A stretch of DNA of 64,000 nucleotides from an uncultured Prevotellaceae bacterium (GTDB lineage: Bacteria; Bacteroidota; Bacteroidia; Bacteroidales; Bacteroidaceae), in the NCBI GenBank assembly GCA_900320585.1, contig ONSV01000020.1, forward strand, positions 1,775 to 65,774, in the 5' to 3' direction. Made by a program: the position numbers and the translations under genes. Positions 47,301 to 56,200 of this stretch are shown here, piece by piece. Every line of letters begins with the position of its first letter. The stretch's first letter is position 1. The notes beneath the pieces were generated by a model that saw nothing but the letters and a program-made list of their open reading frames with translations, was not told the DNA's origin and searched no databases.

Positions 47301-48088
47301 GGGTAGCCGAAACGGGTAATCTTGTAGGGTTTCTTGTTCTGCTGCATCGTGTAGTAGCGGCCATTGCCAAGCACCACGCCGATGGCGTTGTCGCTGCCAA
47401 GCAGCGAGGTCACGTCGTAGCCATTGTAAAGCACGGTGCGGCGATAGTCGGTGGGAGCGGGGGCGAGCACGTCGTCGCCCACACGCTGGCCATTGATGTA
47501 GGCCTCATACATACCCAGTCCGCTGATGTAGAGGGTGGCGTGCCGCACCTCCTTGTCGAGCGTGAACTCCTGGCGCAGGTAGCGGGCACTCAACTGGCTG
47601 TGCTCTTCTTCCACGTCCCAGGGCATGGCATGGTCGTAGCCTATCCATCGCCCTTTCCAGTCGGCCTCTGCCAGCAGTCCCACGTTCCACATGGCGGTCT
47701 CGCTCCAGTCGCTGTCGCCCTGGGTGGTGCTCACCTTCACGCGCCAGTAGCAGCGGGTATTGCTGCGCAGGCGCTTGCCGTCGTACTTCACCCATTGCGA
47801 CTGGTCGGTCTGCAGGGTGGTGTCCCAAAGGTCACCTTCCAGCGCCTGAGCCTTCTCGGGGGTCGACGACACGATGAGGTGGCAGGCGGTCTGCATCACG
47901 TCGCCCACACCGGCATCGGCACTGATGACCCATCCTAAGCGTGGGGTGGGGGTGTCGATGCTCATCGGGTTGGTCATCAACTCGGTGCGCAGGTCGCCCA
48001 CATGAATGGGGGGAAGTTTCTTCTTGGCTGCCATGGCCGCGAGAGCCGCGAGGCACAGCAGCATGCAGGTCATCGCTCGTCTTACCAT
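44381..48088 (-). CDS. Bifunctional GH78 alpha-L-rhamnosidase plus GH33-like Kdo hydrolase (BT1013-like)
   Basis: GH78 motifs ISGLGMYE, DMGQNMAGW, DCPQRDERQPWLGD, GATTIWELW, SGNHVMLLGD. C-terminal sialidase-fold domain from about aa 913 with Asp-boxes SKDGGKTW, SDDMGKTW, SSDNGVTW and YSYP. Confidence 0.9.
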   Translation of the reverse strand: MVRRAMTCMLLCLAALAAMAAKKKLPPIHVGDLRTELMTNPMSIDTPTPRLGWVISADAGVGDVMQTACHLIVSSTPEKAQALEGDLWDTTLQTDQSQWVKYDGKRLRSNTRCYWRVKVSTTQGDSDWSETAMWNVGLLAEADWKGRWIGYDHAMPWDVEEEHSQLSARYLRQEFTLDKEVRHATLYISGLGMYEAYINGQRVGDDVLAPAPTDYRRTVLYNGYDVTSLLGSDNAIGVVLGNGRYYTMQQNKKPYKITRFGYPTLRLNLVVVFADGSTKTISTDEKWRLNADGAIRSNNEYDGEVYDARKMWDGWTRTGFDDSRWMKAERTALPLGTLRGAMAPNMKVIRQVTPVAITKKDGKVVLDMGQNMAGWLKVRMGGLHPGDSVVIRFAERLDSTGNIWTENLRHAWSTDRHYANGQEQGTWWHPTFVYHGFRYAEISGLGDASLSDFVGEVVSDEMRTTGMMTTSNATLNQVYQNAWWGILSNYKGLPVDCPQRDERQPWLGDRTRGCYGEAYVFDNANLYAKWMRDICEAQREDGCIPDVAPAFWNYYSDNVTWPAALVMGLDMLLRQYGDEAPLRKFYPNVKRWMEHLKTQYGEDGLITTDRYGDWCVPPESEELIHSQDPARQTDGTLISTAYYYKACLMMSEFARLLGDEADARYFTDEATLTKNAFNQRFLTRNEGTTTVPGHLLYPDSTFYGNNTVTANLLPLVFGMTPDNYVRGEVEKNIIKNIITDNNGHVSCGVIGIGWLMHALTQMGRTDIAWLLATNKSYPSWGYMAEHGATTIWELWNGDTASPKMNSGNHVMLLGDLVSWLYECLAGIAPKENGYKKIVLAPDFSVDEVDDIDASYQSIYGKIVSRWKKDNGQLQWHIEIPANTTAELRMPDLSTRTLGSGSHDLTCPLPQRGKQVVADEFLYKTASFPQCHSASIVETKRGDLVATYFGGTRERNPDVCIWVSRKPKGSSQWTAPQLVADGVFAPDYREACWNPVLFETPGGELQLYFKIGPNVAGWKGWMVKSKDGGKTWSKREQLPDSLYGPIKNKPILNKGRLISPTSDERDGWKVYFEYSDDMGKTWRRTPFVESDPGVKAIQPSIIVLPDGRLKALCRTRSRQVGVTYSSDNGVTWSKLELCDVPNNNSGLDAVSLKDGGYALICNDWPIEPTKEKGARTPLSILRSDDGVHWRHWITLEDSPVSQYSYPSIIQSRDGHLHVVYTWRRLRVKHVELTLEE

Positions 48089-49506
48089 TTCTCTTCTAAT
48101 TTGGTGGCGTTCTTGTCGATATACTGTTTCTGACTGTCGATGGCAATCAGCACGCGGTCGCTGCCGCGAAGGTAGGCTCCGTCGAGGGTGAACTCCGTGA
48201 CCTTGCTCTCATACTCGCCTAAATAGGCGAGGGTGCCGTCGGCAGGGTTCATCATCCACACGTTCTTTTTCGTGCCCGAGATTCTCGTCAGGTCTATCTG
48301 CATGGGTTTGCCACTATAGTTGTAGGCCAACAGGTAGTCATTGCCACGGGTGGCTATCACGCGGTCGTAGCGTTCGCCATTGGTGCCGGCTACAATGCTT
48401 TGGTCGGCCACGCGATCGGTGAAGGGCAGGGCGAGCATGAGCCATTTCAGGTAGCGCATCTGCTGGTAACCGGGGTCTTTCATGGCATCCCACCATGCCT
48501 TCTCAGCGCCAAACGAGGCGAGCACGCCGGGGCGCATGAACTGCATGATGCTGTTGTGGCCGTAGGTGTGGCCGAAACATCCGGCAAACACTGCCCAGTA
48601 GGCATAGCGGCGCACATCGTAGTCCTGCCAGCGGGGAGCGGAGAAATCGTGCAGTCCTTGTGGGATGTCCTCGTAGGAGGGCTCGCCGTCGATGACGGGG
48701 TGCAGGGGCTGACGCTCCTGGCTCATCTCCACATAGCGCCAGTTGTCTTCCTCGGTGTTGTCCTTGATGGTGTAGTCGCCGTCGCCATTGCGCTGGCCAT
48801 AGCGGCGGTGCCCGCTCTGGAACATGTTGAAGTCGAGCCACTCACGGTCGTTGTACCACCATGCGCTGGTGGTGCGCCCACGGGGATGGAAGGTCATCAC
48901 ATGGCCAGGGTCGGCTTTCTTGATGGCGCGTGCCAGGGCATCCCACGAGGCTATTCCCTTGTCGCCCATGATGTCGCCGCCAATCATCCAGATGATATTG
49001 GGCTTGTCCTTGTAGCGCTCGCCCAGGAACTTGCCGTATTTGGCGGCTTTCTTCTCGTCCATCTTCCCTATCATCGACCCCCAGATGCAGTCCATGGCAA
49101 TGTAGATGCCATTGGCGGCAGCCATGTCGACGATGTAGTCGAGATGGTCCCAGTAGCCATAGTCTCCCTCGCGGGTGAACTTGGCGAAGTCGAAACTCTC
49201 GTCGTTGGCCTGGGCGCCATAGATGTTGAAGGTGGGGATGGCGTTGAGCACTTGTATCTGTTCCACGTTGTAGCCCATCTCGCGCTCACGGGCGAGGTAG
49301 TATTCCACTTCGTCGCGGTTGAGCCGTTCGGGCATCAGCCACGAGGTGTTGCCGAGCCAGAAGAAGGGGGTGCCGTTCTCGTGCACGAGGTAAAGGTGGT
49401 TGGCCGAGACGGTGAGGCGGCCGTTCTCCCATGGTTTGTAGACCTTGGCGGCCTGGAGTGTGGCGCAGCAGGCCACGAGCAGCAGGATAAGGAAGGGTTT
49501 TCTCAT
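48082..49506 (-). CDS. GH140 apiosidase (DUF4038, BT1012-like)
   Basis: GTPFFWLGNTSW, YWDHLDYIV, IIWMIGGD, MTFHPRG, LDFNMFQSGH, PVIDGEPSYE, RRYAYWAVFAG, GHTYGHN. Confidence 0.92.
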   Translation of the reverse strand: MRKPFLILLLVACCATLQAAKVYKPWENGRLTVSANHLYLVHENGTPFFWLGNTSWLMPERLNRDEVEYYLAREREMGYNVEQIQVLNAIPTFNIYGAQANDESFDFAKFTREGDYGYWDHLDYIVDMAAANGIYIAMDCIWGSMIGKMDEKKAAKYGKFLGERYKDKPNIIWMIGGDIMGDKGIASWDALARAIKKADPGHVMTFHPRGRTTSAWWYNDREWLDFNMFQSGHRRYGQRNGDGDYTIKDNTEEDNWRYVEMSQERQPLHPVIDGEPSYEDIPQGLHDFSAPRWQDYDVRRYAYWAVFAGCFGHTYGHNSIMQFMRPGVLASFGAEKAWWDAMKDPGYQQMRYLKWLMLALPFTDRVADQSIVAGTNGERYDRVIATRGNDYLLAYNYSGKPMQIDLTRISGTKKNVWMMNPADGTLAYLGEYESKVTEFTLDGAYLRGSDRVLIAIDSQKQYIDKNATKLEEKW

Positions 49507-49553
49507 AAGTCTATTGTGTTTCTATTGATTGTTCATGAAGTGAAAGGATGGGG

Positions 49554-51953
49554 TTAGCGGGCTTTGGCACCAGAGAGGGTGATGGCGGTATCTTTCTTCG
49601 TCTTGATCTCGTATTCGTAGTAGGCTCCCACTTTCTTGCCTTTGTATTTCAGCGGGGTGGTGGTGCGGAGACGCAATGTCCCATTATTGGCCGGGAGAAT
49701 GGTGGCGCGGCGCAGTTGGCCGCCACTCCATTCCACCTCCACCTCGTAGCCGCCACGGGCCTTCAGCCCACTCACCCGGCCTTCTTGCCATGCGTCGGGG
49801 AGGGCGGGCAGCAGATGCACGTACCCGTCGTGGCTCTGCAGCAGCATCTCGGCAATGCCGGCGGCACAACCGAAGTTGCCGTCAATCTGGAAGGGTGGAT
49901 GGGCATCGAGGAGGTTGGAGTAGGTGCCGCCCTTTTTCTTCTCAGTGCGCACCAGGGTGAGGTTGCCATCGAGCAGGCGGGCCCAGAGGCACACCTTCCA
50001 TCCCATGCTCCAGCCCGTGGAGGGGTCGCCACGGTGCTCGAGAGAGGTCTTTGCGGCGTTAGCCAGTTGGGGTGTGCCTAATGGGGTAATCTGGTTGCTG
50101 GGATAGAGGGCATAGAGATGCGACACATGGCGGTGGTTGTCATCGGGGTTGTCCCAGTCGTCGAGCCACTCCTGCAACTGTCCCCAACGGCCTATTTGCA
50201 GTGGGGGAAGTCCGTTGAGCTTGTCGCGCAGACTGTCGTTCAGCGTGGTGGGTTGCTGCAGCAGGTCGGAGGCCTCGAGCACATGACTGAAGAGGTCGCG
50301 GATGAGTTCGTTGTCCATGGTCACGCCAGCGGCAGTGGTCGACTGGTAGGGATGCTGGTTCTCGGGCGAGAGACTGGGGCACACCAGCCAGTAGCCTTTC
50401 TCGGGATGCCTCACCATGATCTGGTTGAGGAAGCGGGCGGCTCCCACCATGATGGGGTAGACGTCGCTCAGGAATTGCCTGTCGCCAGTGTAGAGCCAAT
50501 GCTCCCACAGGTGCTGGCACATCCATGCGGCACCGGTGGGCCAGAGTCCCGAAGGGGCTTTGTCTATCGCTCCCGTCACACGCCAGATGTCGGTGTTGTG
50601 GTGCAACACCCATCCGTCGGCGCCATACATGATGCGGGCGGTGGCATGGCCTGTCTCGCTGATGTCGCGGATGAGCGAGAAGAGGGGCTGGGTGAGTTCC
50701 GACAAGTTGGTCACCTCGGCAGGCCAGTAGTTCATTTCACAGTTGATGTTGGTGGTGTATTTGGAGTCCCAGTTGGGGAACATCTTGTCGTTCCATATAC
50801 CTTGCAGGGTGGGGGGCTGGCAGCCGGGCTGTGAGGTGCAGATGAGCAGGTAGCGGCCAAACTGGAAGTAGGTCTCCACCAAGTGCATGTCCTGGTTCTC
50901 CTTGAAGCGCTCCACGCGCAGGTCGGTGGGGATATTGGCGTAGGCGTTGGCCCCCAGGTCGAGCACCACACGGTCGAACAGCTGCTTGTAGCGGGATGTG
51001 TGATTATTTTTCATCGTGGGGTAGTCGGTGGCAAGGGCGGCGCCCAACTGCTGTTCCGATTTCACGGTGTCGTTGCCGGTGATGTCGTCGTAGTGCTTGA
51101 AGTTGGTGGCGATGGCGATGTAGATGACCACCTCGTCGGCTGCTGTGACCGATATCACACCGTCGGCACAGGTCATCCGTCCACCTTTCAGCCGGGCGGT
51201 CACTCGTCCGGTGAAGTTCACCTTCCCCTTCAGTCCCTCGTGGTTGCTGCTGGTGGCGCTGAGCACCACCTCGTTGCCCTCGCTCCTGATGTTGGCGTCG
51301 GCATGGGGGGTGGTGAGCATGGCAGTGAGGGTGATGGAGGCTGGCCGGTCGGCAGTGATGCGCACGGCCATGACATCGCTGCCAAGGGGTGCGAGATACT
51401 CGCGCTGGTAGTGGATGCCATTGGCGGTATATCGGGTGATGGCTCGGGCTGAGTCGAGCGACAGCTCACGGTAGTAGCCGGTGTAGGCTCCCTGACCGGG
51501 GAAACTGATGTAGAGGTCGCCGAAGGGTTGGTAGGGCATGCCGTGGTTGGTGCGGCTCTGCACATGCTGGGTGGCCAGGTCCTGGGCTTCCTTGTAGCGG
51601 CCCTCCCAAACCAGTTGGCGCACCTTGGGCAGGTATTCCAGGGCCTCGGGGTTGGCGTTGTTGTTGGGTTGCCCGGCCCAGATGGTCTCCTCGTTCAGTT
51701 GCAGCCGGTCGGCGGCCACATTGCCGTAGACCATGGCCCCCAGACGGCCGTTGCCGATGGGAAGGGCCTCGTTCCAGTTTTGTGCCGGTCGGTCGTACCA
51801 CAGCAGATGCTGGTCGGAGGCATGCACCGAACCGGCATAGAGCGAGGCGAGCAGGATGAGAATCACCAGTGCGGTCTGCGCGATGGTGGGCCGCTCAGTG
51901 AATAGTTGTGAGCCGGCCATGTGGGTGGATGCTTTCATGTGTTGTGCGCTCAT
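49554..51953 (-). CDS. GH95 hydrolase, probably RG-II alpha-L-galactosidase type (BT1010-like); apparent short in-frame deletion near 49961
   Basis: LWYDRPA..WNEALPIGNGRLGAM, FQFGRYLLI, KYTTNINCEMNYWP, HRHVSHLY, TGWSMGWK, AHPPFQIDGNFG. Confidence 0.9.
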   Translation of the reverse strand: MSAQHMKASTHMAGSQLFTERPTIAQTALVILILLASLYAGSVHASDQHLLWYDRPAQNWNEALPIGNGRLGAMVYGNVAADRLQLNEETIWAGQPNNNANPEALEYLPKVRQLVWEGRYKEAQDLATQHVQSRTNHGMPYQPFGDLYISFPGQGAYTGYYRELSLDSARAITRYTANGIHYQREYLAPLGSDVMAVRITADRPASITLTAMLTTPHADANIRSEGNEVVLSATSSNHEGLKGKVNFTGRVTARLKGGRMTCADGVISVTAADEVVIYIAIATNFKHYDDITGNDTVKSEQQLGAALATDYPTMKNNHTSRYKQLFDRVVLDLGANAYANIPTDLRVERFKENQDMHLVETYFQFGRYLLICTSQPGCQPPTLQGIWNDKMFPNWDSKYTTNINCEMNYWPAEVTNLSELTQPLFSLIRDISETGHATARIMYGADGWVLHHNTDIWRVTGAIDKAPSGLWPTGAAWMCQHLWEHWLYTGDRQFLSDVYPIMVGAARFLNQIMVRHPEKGYWLVCPSLSPENQHPYQSTTAAGVTMDNELIRDLFSHVLEASDLLQQPTTLNDSLRDKLNGLPPLQIGRWGQLQEWLDDWDNPDDNHRHVSHLYALYPSNQITPLGTPQLANAAKTSLEHRGDPSTGWSMGWKVCLWARLLDGNLTLVRTEKKKGGTYSNLLDAHPPFQIDGNFGCAAGIAEMLLQSHDGYVHLLPALPDAWQEGRVSGLKARGGYEVEVEWSGGQLRRATILPANNGTLRLRTTTPLKYKGKKVGAYYEYEIKTKKDTAITLSGAKAR

Positions 51954-53287
51954 GGTTGGATGCTTTTCGGTTGAAATCTGAGGGTGTTCTCGTCCTCGAT
52001 GACCACCTTGTCCTCGTCGAGCATGGTGGCGTCGAGACCGAAGACGCTGATGAAGAAATCGTATACGGCCTGTCGCTTGTTAGGACCGAAGTCATGGCGC
52101 TCGTCGGGCAGGTGCACGTTGCCCACTTGGTCCTGTGCGCCATAGAATCCGTAGATACGTTGCAGGTAGGGATACTCCAGGGTGGGGGTGGTGCTTGTCC
52201 AGTCGCCGCCGTCGCTCACCACCATCATGGGCTTGGGAGCGAAGAGGGCGGCCAGTTCGGCATTGCAGGTGCCGCCACCGGAGAGTTGGATGGGCATGCC
52301 GCTCTCGCAGGGACAGCCGCCGTCGAACCACGACGACATGCTCACCACCGGACATGAGGCAGCGAAACGGTCGTCGAGCACACTGAGCAGCACGGTCTGG
52401 GTGCCACCGCCCGAACCACCGTTCACTCCGATACGCGTGGTGTCGATGTCGGTGCGTGACGCGAGCAGGAGGTCAAGGATGGTCAGGCCATTGAAGGCTT
52501 GCATCACATGGGCCTCGCTGGTGTGGTGCGACTCGCTGCCCACCTCCTCGGCACTCTCGCCCCAGCCCCATAGGTCGTAGTTCACGCAGATGGCACCCAT
52601 CCTGGCAAGTGTGGCATAGCGTTTCTGCAGGTCGGCATTGTAGCGCCCTTGGTTGAAATGGCCGTTCGGACAGATGATGAGTGGGTGCCGCCCCTTGCTG
52701 TCGGCTCCCTTCGCTTTCTTTCCCGTGAGGGGCAGCGGAGCATAGATGCTGCCGCAGACGGTATGTCCGCCAATGGTGTGGCAACGGAAATTCTGCACCG
52801 TGTATCCATCGTGCTTGCGGAGGGTCCCGTAGTCGGCCTTGGGTGGCTCTCTGAACTCCAGCAGCGGACTGATGCCCAACCTTTCTCTCACCTCTTCGCG
52901 CAGCGTGTCGCGCCGGGCCTCCCATTGTGCCTTGTCGGCATAGAGACTGCTCAGGTAAGCGATGAGTTTCTCGCCATCGGCGGGTTGACGGCGTGGATAT
53001 TCGTAGCGCTTCACCTTCCACACGTTCTTCTGCTGGTATACGGGCTTGAAGTCGAGTGGTGAAAGGATGTTGGTAAGGGTCTCCTCCACACTGTAGGGCC
53101 GTATGCGGAAGTCGGCATAGGGCACCTTGATGCCCGTAGTGTCCATGTCGTATTTCAGGCGGATGTCGAACCGTCGCTGCACGTCGCCCATCACGTCGCT
53201 CAGCGAGCGGGTGAACTGGTTCTCGAAGTTTTGTGCCGTAGCGCTTGCGGCTACCGACAGCAATAGGGTGGCGATGATTTTTCTCAT
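51950..53287 (-). CDS. CE19-type alpha/beta-hydrolase esterase (RG-II methylesterase BT1017-like)
   Basis: Signal peptide; CPNGHF, nucleophile elbow GVNGGSGGGTQT, GGCPCESG, SDGGDWT, HDFGPNKR. Confidence 0.85.
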   Translation of the reverse strand: MRKIIATLLLSVAASATAQNFENQFTRSLSDVMGDVQRRFDIRLKYDMDTTGIKVPYADFRIRPYSVEETLTNILSPLDFKPVYQQKNVWKVKRYEYPRRQPADGEKLIAYLSSLYADKAQWEARRDTLREEVRERLGISPLLEFREPPKADYGTLRKHDGYTVQNFRCHTIGGHTVCGSIYAPLPLTGKKAKGADSKGRHPLIICPNGHFNQGRYNADLQKRYATLARMGAICVNYDLWGWGESAEEVGSESHHTSEAHVMQAFNGLTILDLLLASRTDIDTTRIGVNGGSGGGTQTVLLSVLDDRFAASCPVVSMSSWFDGGCPCESGMPIQLSGGGTCNAELAALFAPKPMMVVSDGGDWTSTTPTLEYPYLQRIYGFYGAQDQVGNVHLPDERHDFGPNKRQAVYDFFISVFGLDATMLDEDKVVIEDENTLRFQPKSIQP

Positions 53288-53290
53288 ATG

Positions 53291-56200
53291 CTAATGTTGG
53301 AAAAGGTATTCTAATTTGCCCAGGTCGGGGCGGTGGGCACGGCATTGGCCATCGACGAGCAGGATGAGGCCGCTGCCTTGGTGATAGTGCTGACCGTCTT
53401 TGTCCCAGATGATGGTGAGCATATGGCCGCGGTAGTTCACACCGTCAAGACAGAAGTAGTCCCATTGGTTGTCGGGCAGCAAGGGGTTCACCACGATGCT
53501 CCCGTCATCCTGCGGCCGGAGTCCCACGATGCCCGTTATCATCAGGTCGTTGAAGGTGGAGTGGTTGTAGTAGCGGCTGCGCTCACGGTCGCCCATGAGC
53601 CAGGCTCCGTTCTTCTCGTCAAGGTACTCGCCTATGTAGGGCCGTCCACGATGGTGCTGACTTTCCACATACAATTCCATCTGCCGGAAGAATACGGAGT
53701 CGCCCACCACATGTGGTGCGGGATAGTCGTTCAGGTAGTTGGCCAGGGCGGTAAGGGTCTGTGAGGTGGCGAAGGGCCAGACGGCACCGTCCCACTCACA
53801 TCTTCCCACGCCATGCGAGCGGAACTGTGGATGGCGGCGCTCGGCGGTGGTGAGCCCGTAGGGAGCGGAGAAGCCCTGCTCGTCGAGGAGTTGCAGCCAT
53901 GCCACATCGTATTTTGGATTCGTGAAAGTGAGATTGAAATACCAGGGGATGTAGCCTATCGCCTCGCGTACTGCTGCCAATGTGTCGGCTACATCGCCGC
54001 GACGGGTCTCGAAGAACTGGTCTTTCTCATTCCACAGGTGCGTCACGATGAGGTGGCGCAGCGTATCGGCTTTCGCTTTGTAGAGTCGGGTATTCTCTAC
54101 ATCCCAAGTCAGCCCGTTCAGCCAGGCCAGGGCCTCGGCATTGCCACACATATAACTGTTGATGGTGGGCCGGGCATACTGTTTCTTGCGCCCGCCACTG
54201 ATGCTCTCTTCCATGCCGTCCTGCACGTCGCCCTGCCAGTAGAGGCCTGAGGGCAGGCGGTTGGTCGACTCCCAGCGGGCATACTCCTCCTCCAGCTTTG
54301 GCTTCAGGGAAAGTACGAAGGCGGTGTCGCCCTGCACCTTGAAGAGCTGCTGCACGGCATAGGGGTTCCAACTCGAGAACTTGTTCATCTTCGTCATCGC
54401 CTTACCCTCGTTGCCGAAGTACCAGGTGCGCAGTATCTGGTGCAGGTAGGTGGTGTCGCGCAGCCAGCGGCTCTCCATCACATGATGGCCGATGGCGCAG
54501 GCAATGAGGTTGTAGCGGTCGGCATACGACCGGTCGACCAGGAACTCGGTCATGCCATAGCCCACGGGCGTGCGCTTGATGTGCTTGCGCAGGGTCCACC
54601 AACGGTAGTAGTACATCTCGCGGAAATTCTCTTGGGGACAGTCGAAGAGGGGGATGTTCTTGCGCATCCATTCCGACGACTGTGCGTTGGGGATGGTGGT
54701 GACGATGTTCTCGTCTTCCATCGTGTTGAAATGCTCGGCATAGTGGGCGAAATCGTCGTAATGGAGAACGGCGGTGGTGTTGTCGTCGACGGAACGGCTG
54801 ATGACGTTGGCGATATGATAGCCCACCGCCGGGTCAAACTCGTCGGGACGGGGCATGTCGAAGTCTTGGTCGGCGGGAGTGTTGAAGTCGGGCTTGTCGA
54901 AAGGCATGCCTGTGCGGAAGACGATGCGCGAGATGCTCTCCACCGGGGTGTCGAATTGCCGCTCACAGGCTTTCTTCCCATTCAGGTAATAGATGGCACG
55001 GTGCAGGGAGGTGGAGAGCACGGCTTTGATGTGATACTCCACGCCGGGCTCATAGCGTTTCAGGAGGGTGCCATAGCGGGCACCGCCCTTCACCCTGATG
55101 GTCTGGGTGGAGTCGACGACGATGCGGGAGCATACATTCCCCTCATCATCCACGAACTCGATGTCAAGTTCGCCTTCATTCGCTTGGTCCGCCATCAGGT
55201 CGAACTCCACCTCAAGCTCTTTCGTGTTGGGAATCACGCGCTCTGCCTTGGCATAGTCGTAGGGGTCGCAGTCGAAGAGGTTCAGCCACCCGTTCTTCAG
55301 GTTCATTGAACACATGCGGGGCACGTATAGGTTCCAGTCGGTGAGGTCCGACAACTGTTCGGTTTGGGGGAAGGCCTGGGCGTGGGTGGTGGCGTTGAGG
55401 CGCACGGGAACCGGAATGCGGCTCACCCAGATGTCTTCCTTGTTGTTCGAGTAGGTCACCCAGAGGTCGCTGTCGCGTGGGGTGCCGTTGCCTTCCTGTA
55501 TGCCACGGGTGTACTGCGGACCATAGCTCTTGTAGTTGCCGCCATGGCGCAGGGGTGTCACCTCGCCGTGCACCAGCGAGAGGGTGGTGTACTCCAGTCC
55601 GTCGCTGCTGAGCGAGATGGCCAGGGGCCAACGGTATTCGGCAGGATTGTAGACGGTGGCGTAGGTGCCGTCGGTGAGCCGCTGTCCCCAGATCTTCGCG
55701 TTGGAGTTGACGAAGCCAGGGGCACGGTCGCAGGGCACGCGCCAGGTGTTGCCTCCATCGGCCGACAGACTGGTCACGGCATGTTTCCACAGGGCCACCT
55801 TCCGGCCGTCGGGCAGGGTGTAGCCGCTGAATGCCTTGTAGGGTTTGTTCAACGGGATGAGAGGGTCGTTGCGGTCGGCCTCCTCCACCCACTGCATGAG
55901 CTGCATGGGGTCGGCCATCAGGGCGTCGACAGCACGGACGAAGGCCTTGTCCTTCGATTTCTTGTAATAGGGATAGATGGTGTTGCGGGCATTGAAGTCG
56001 TGGTTGTAGTAGATGAAGTAAATGGGGCCGAATGTCCCGTCTTCCTTCACCTCACGCACCACGCGCCCGATGCCGTTGCCGTCGTTGGGGTCGTCCTTGG
56101 GTGTCAGGGCGATGCCGTAGTTGCCAATGGCAATCAATTTCCCGTTGGGAGCCACGTAGAATCCCACGCGCTGGTGCATGATGGCTTTCAGGTTCTTCGC

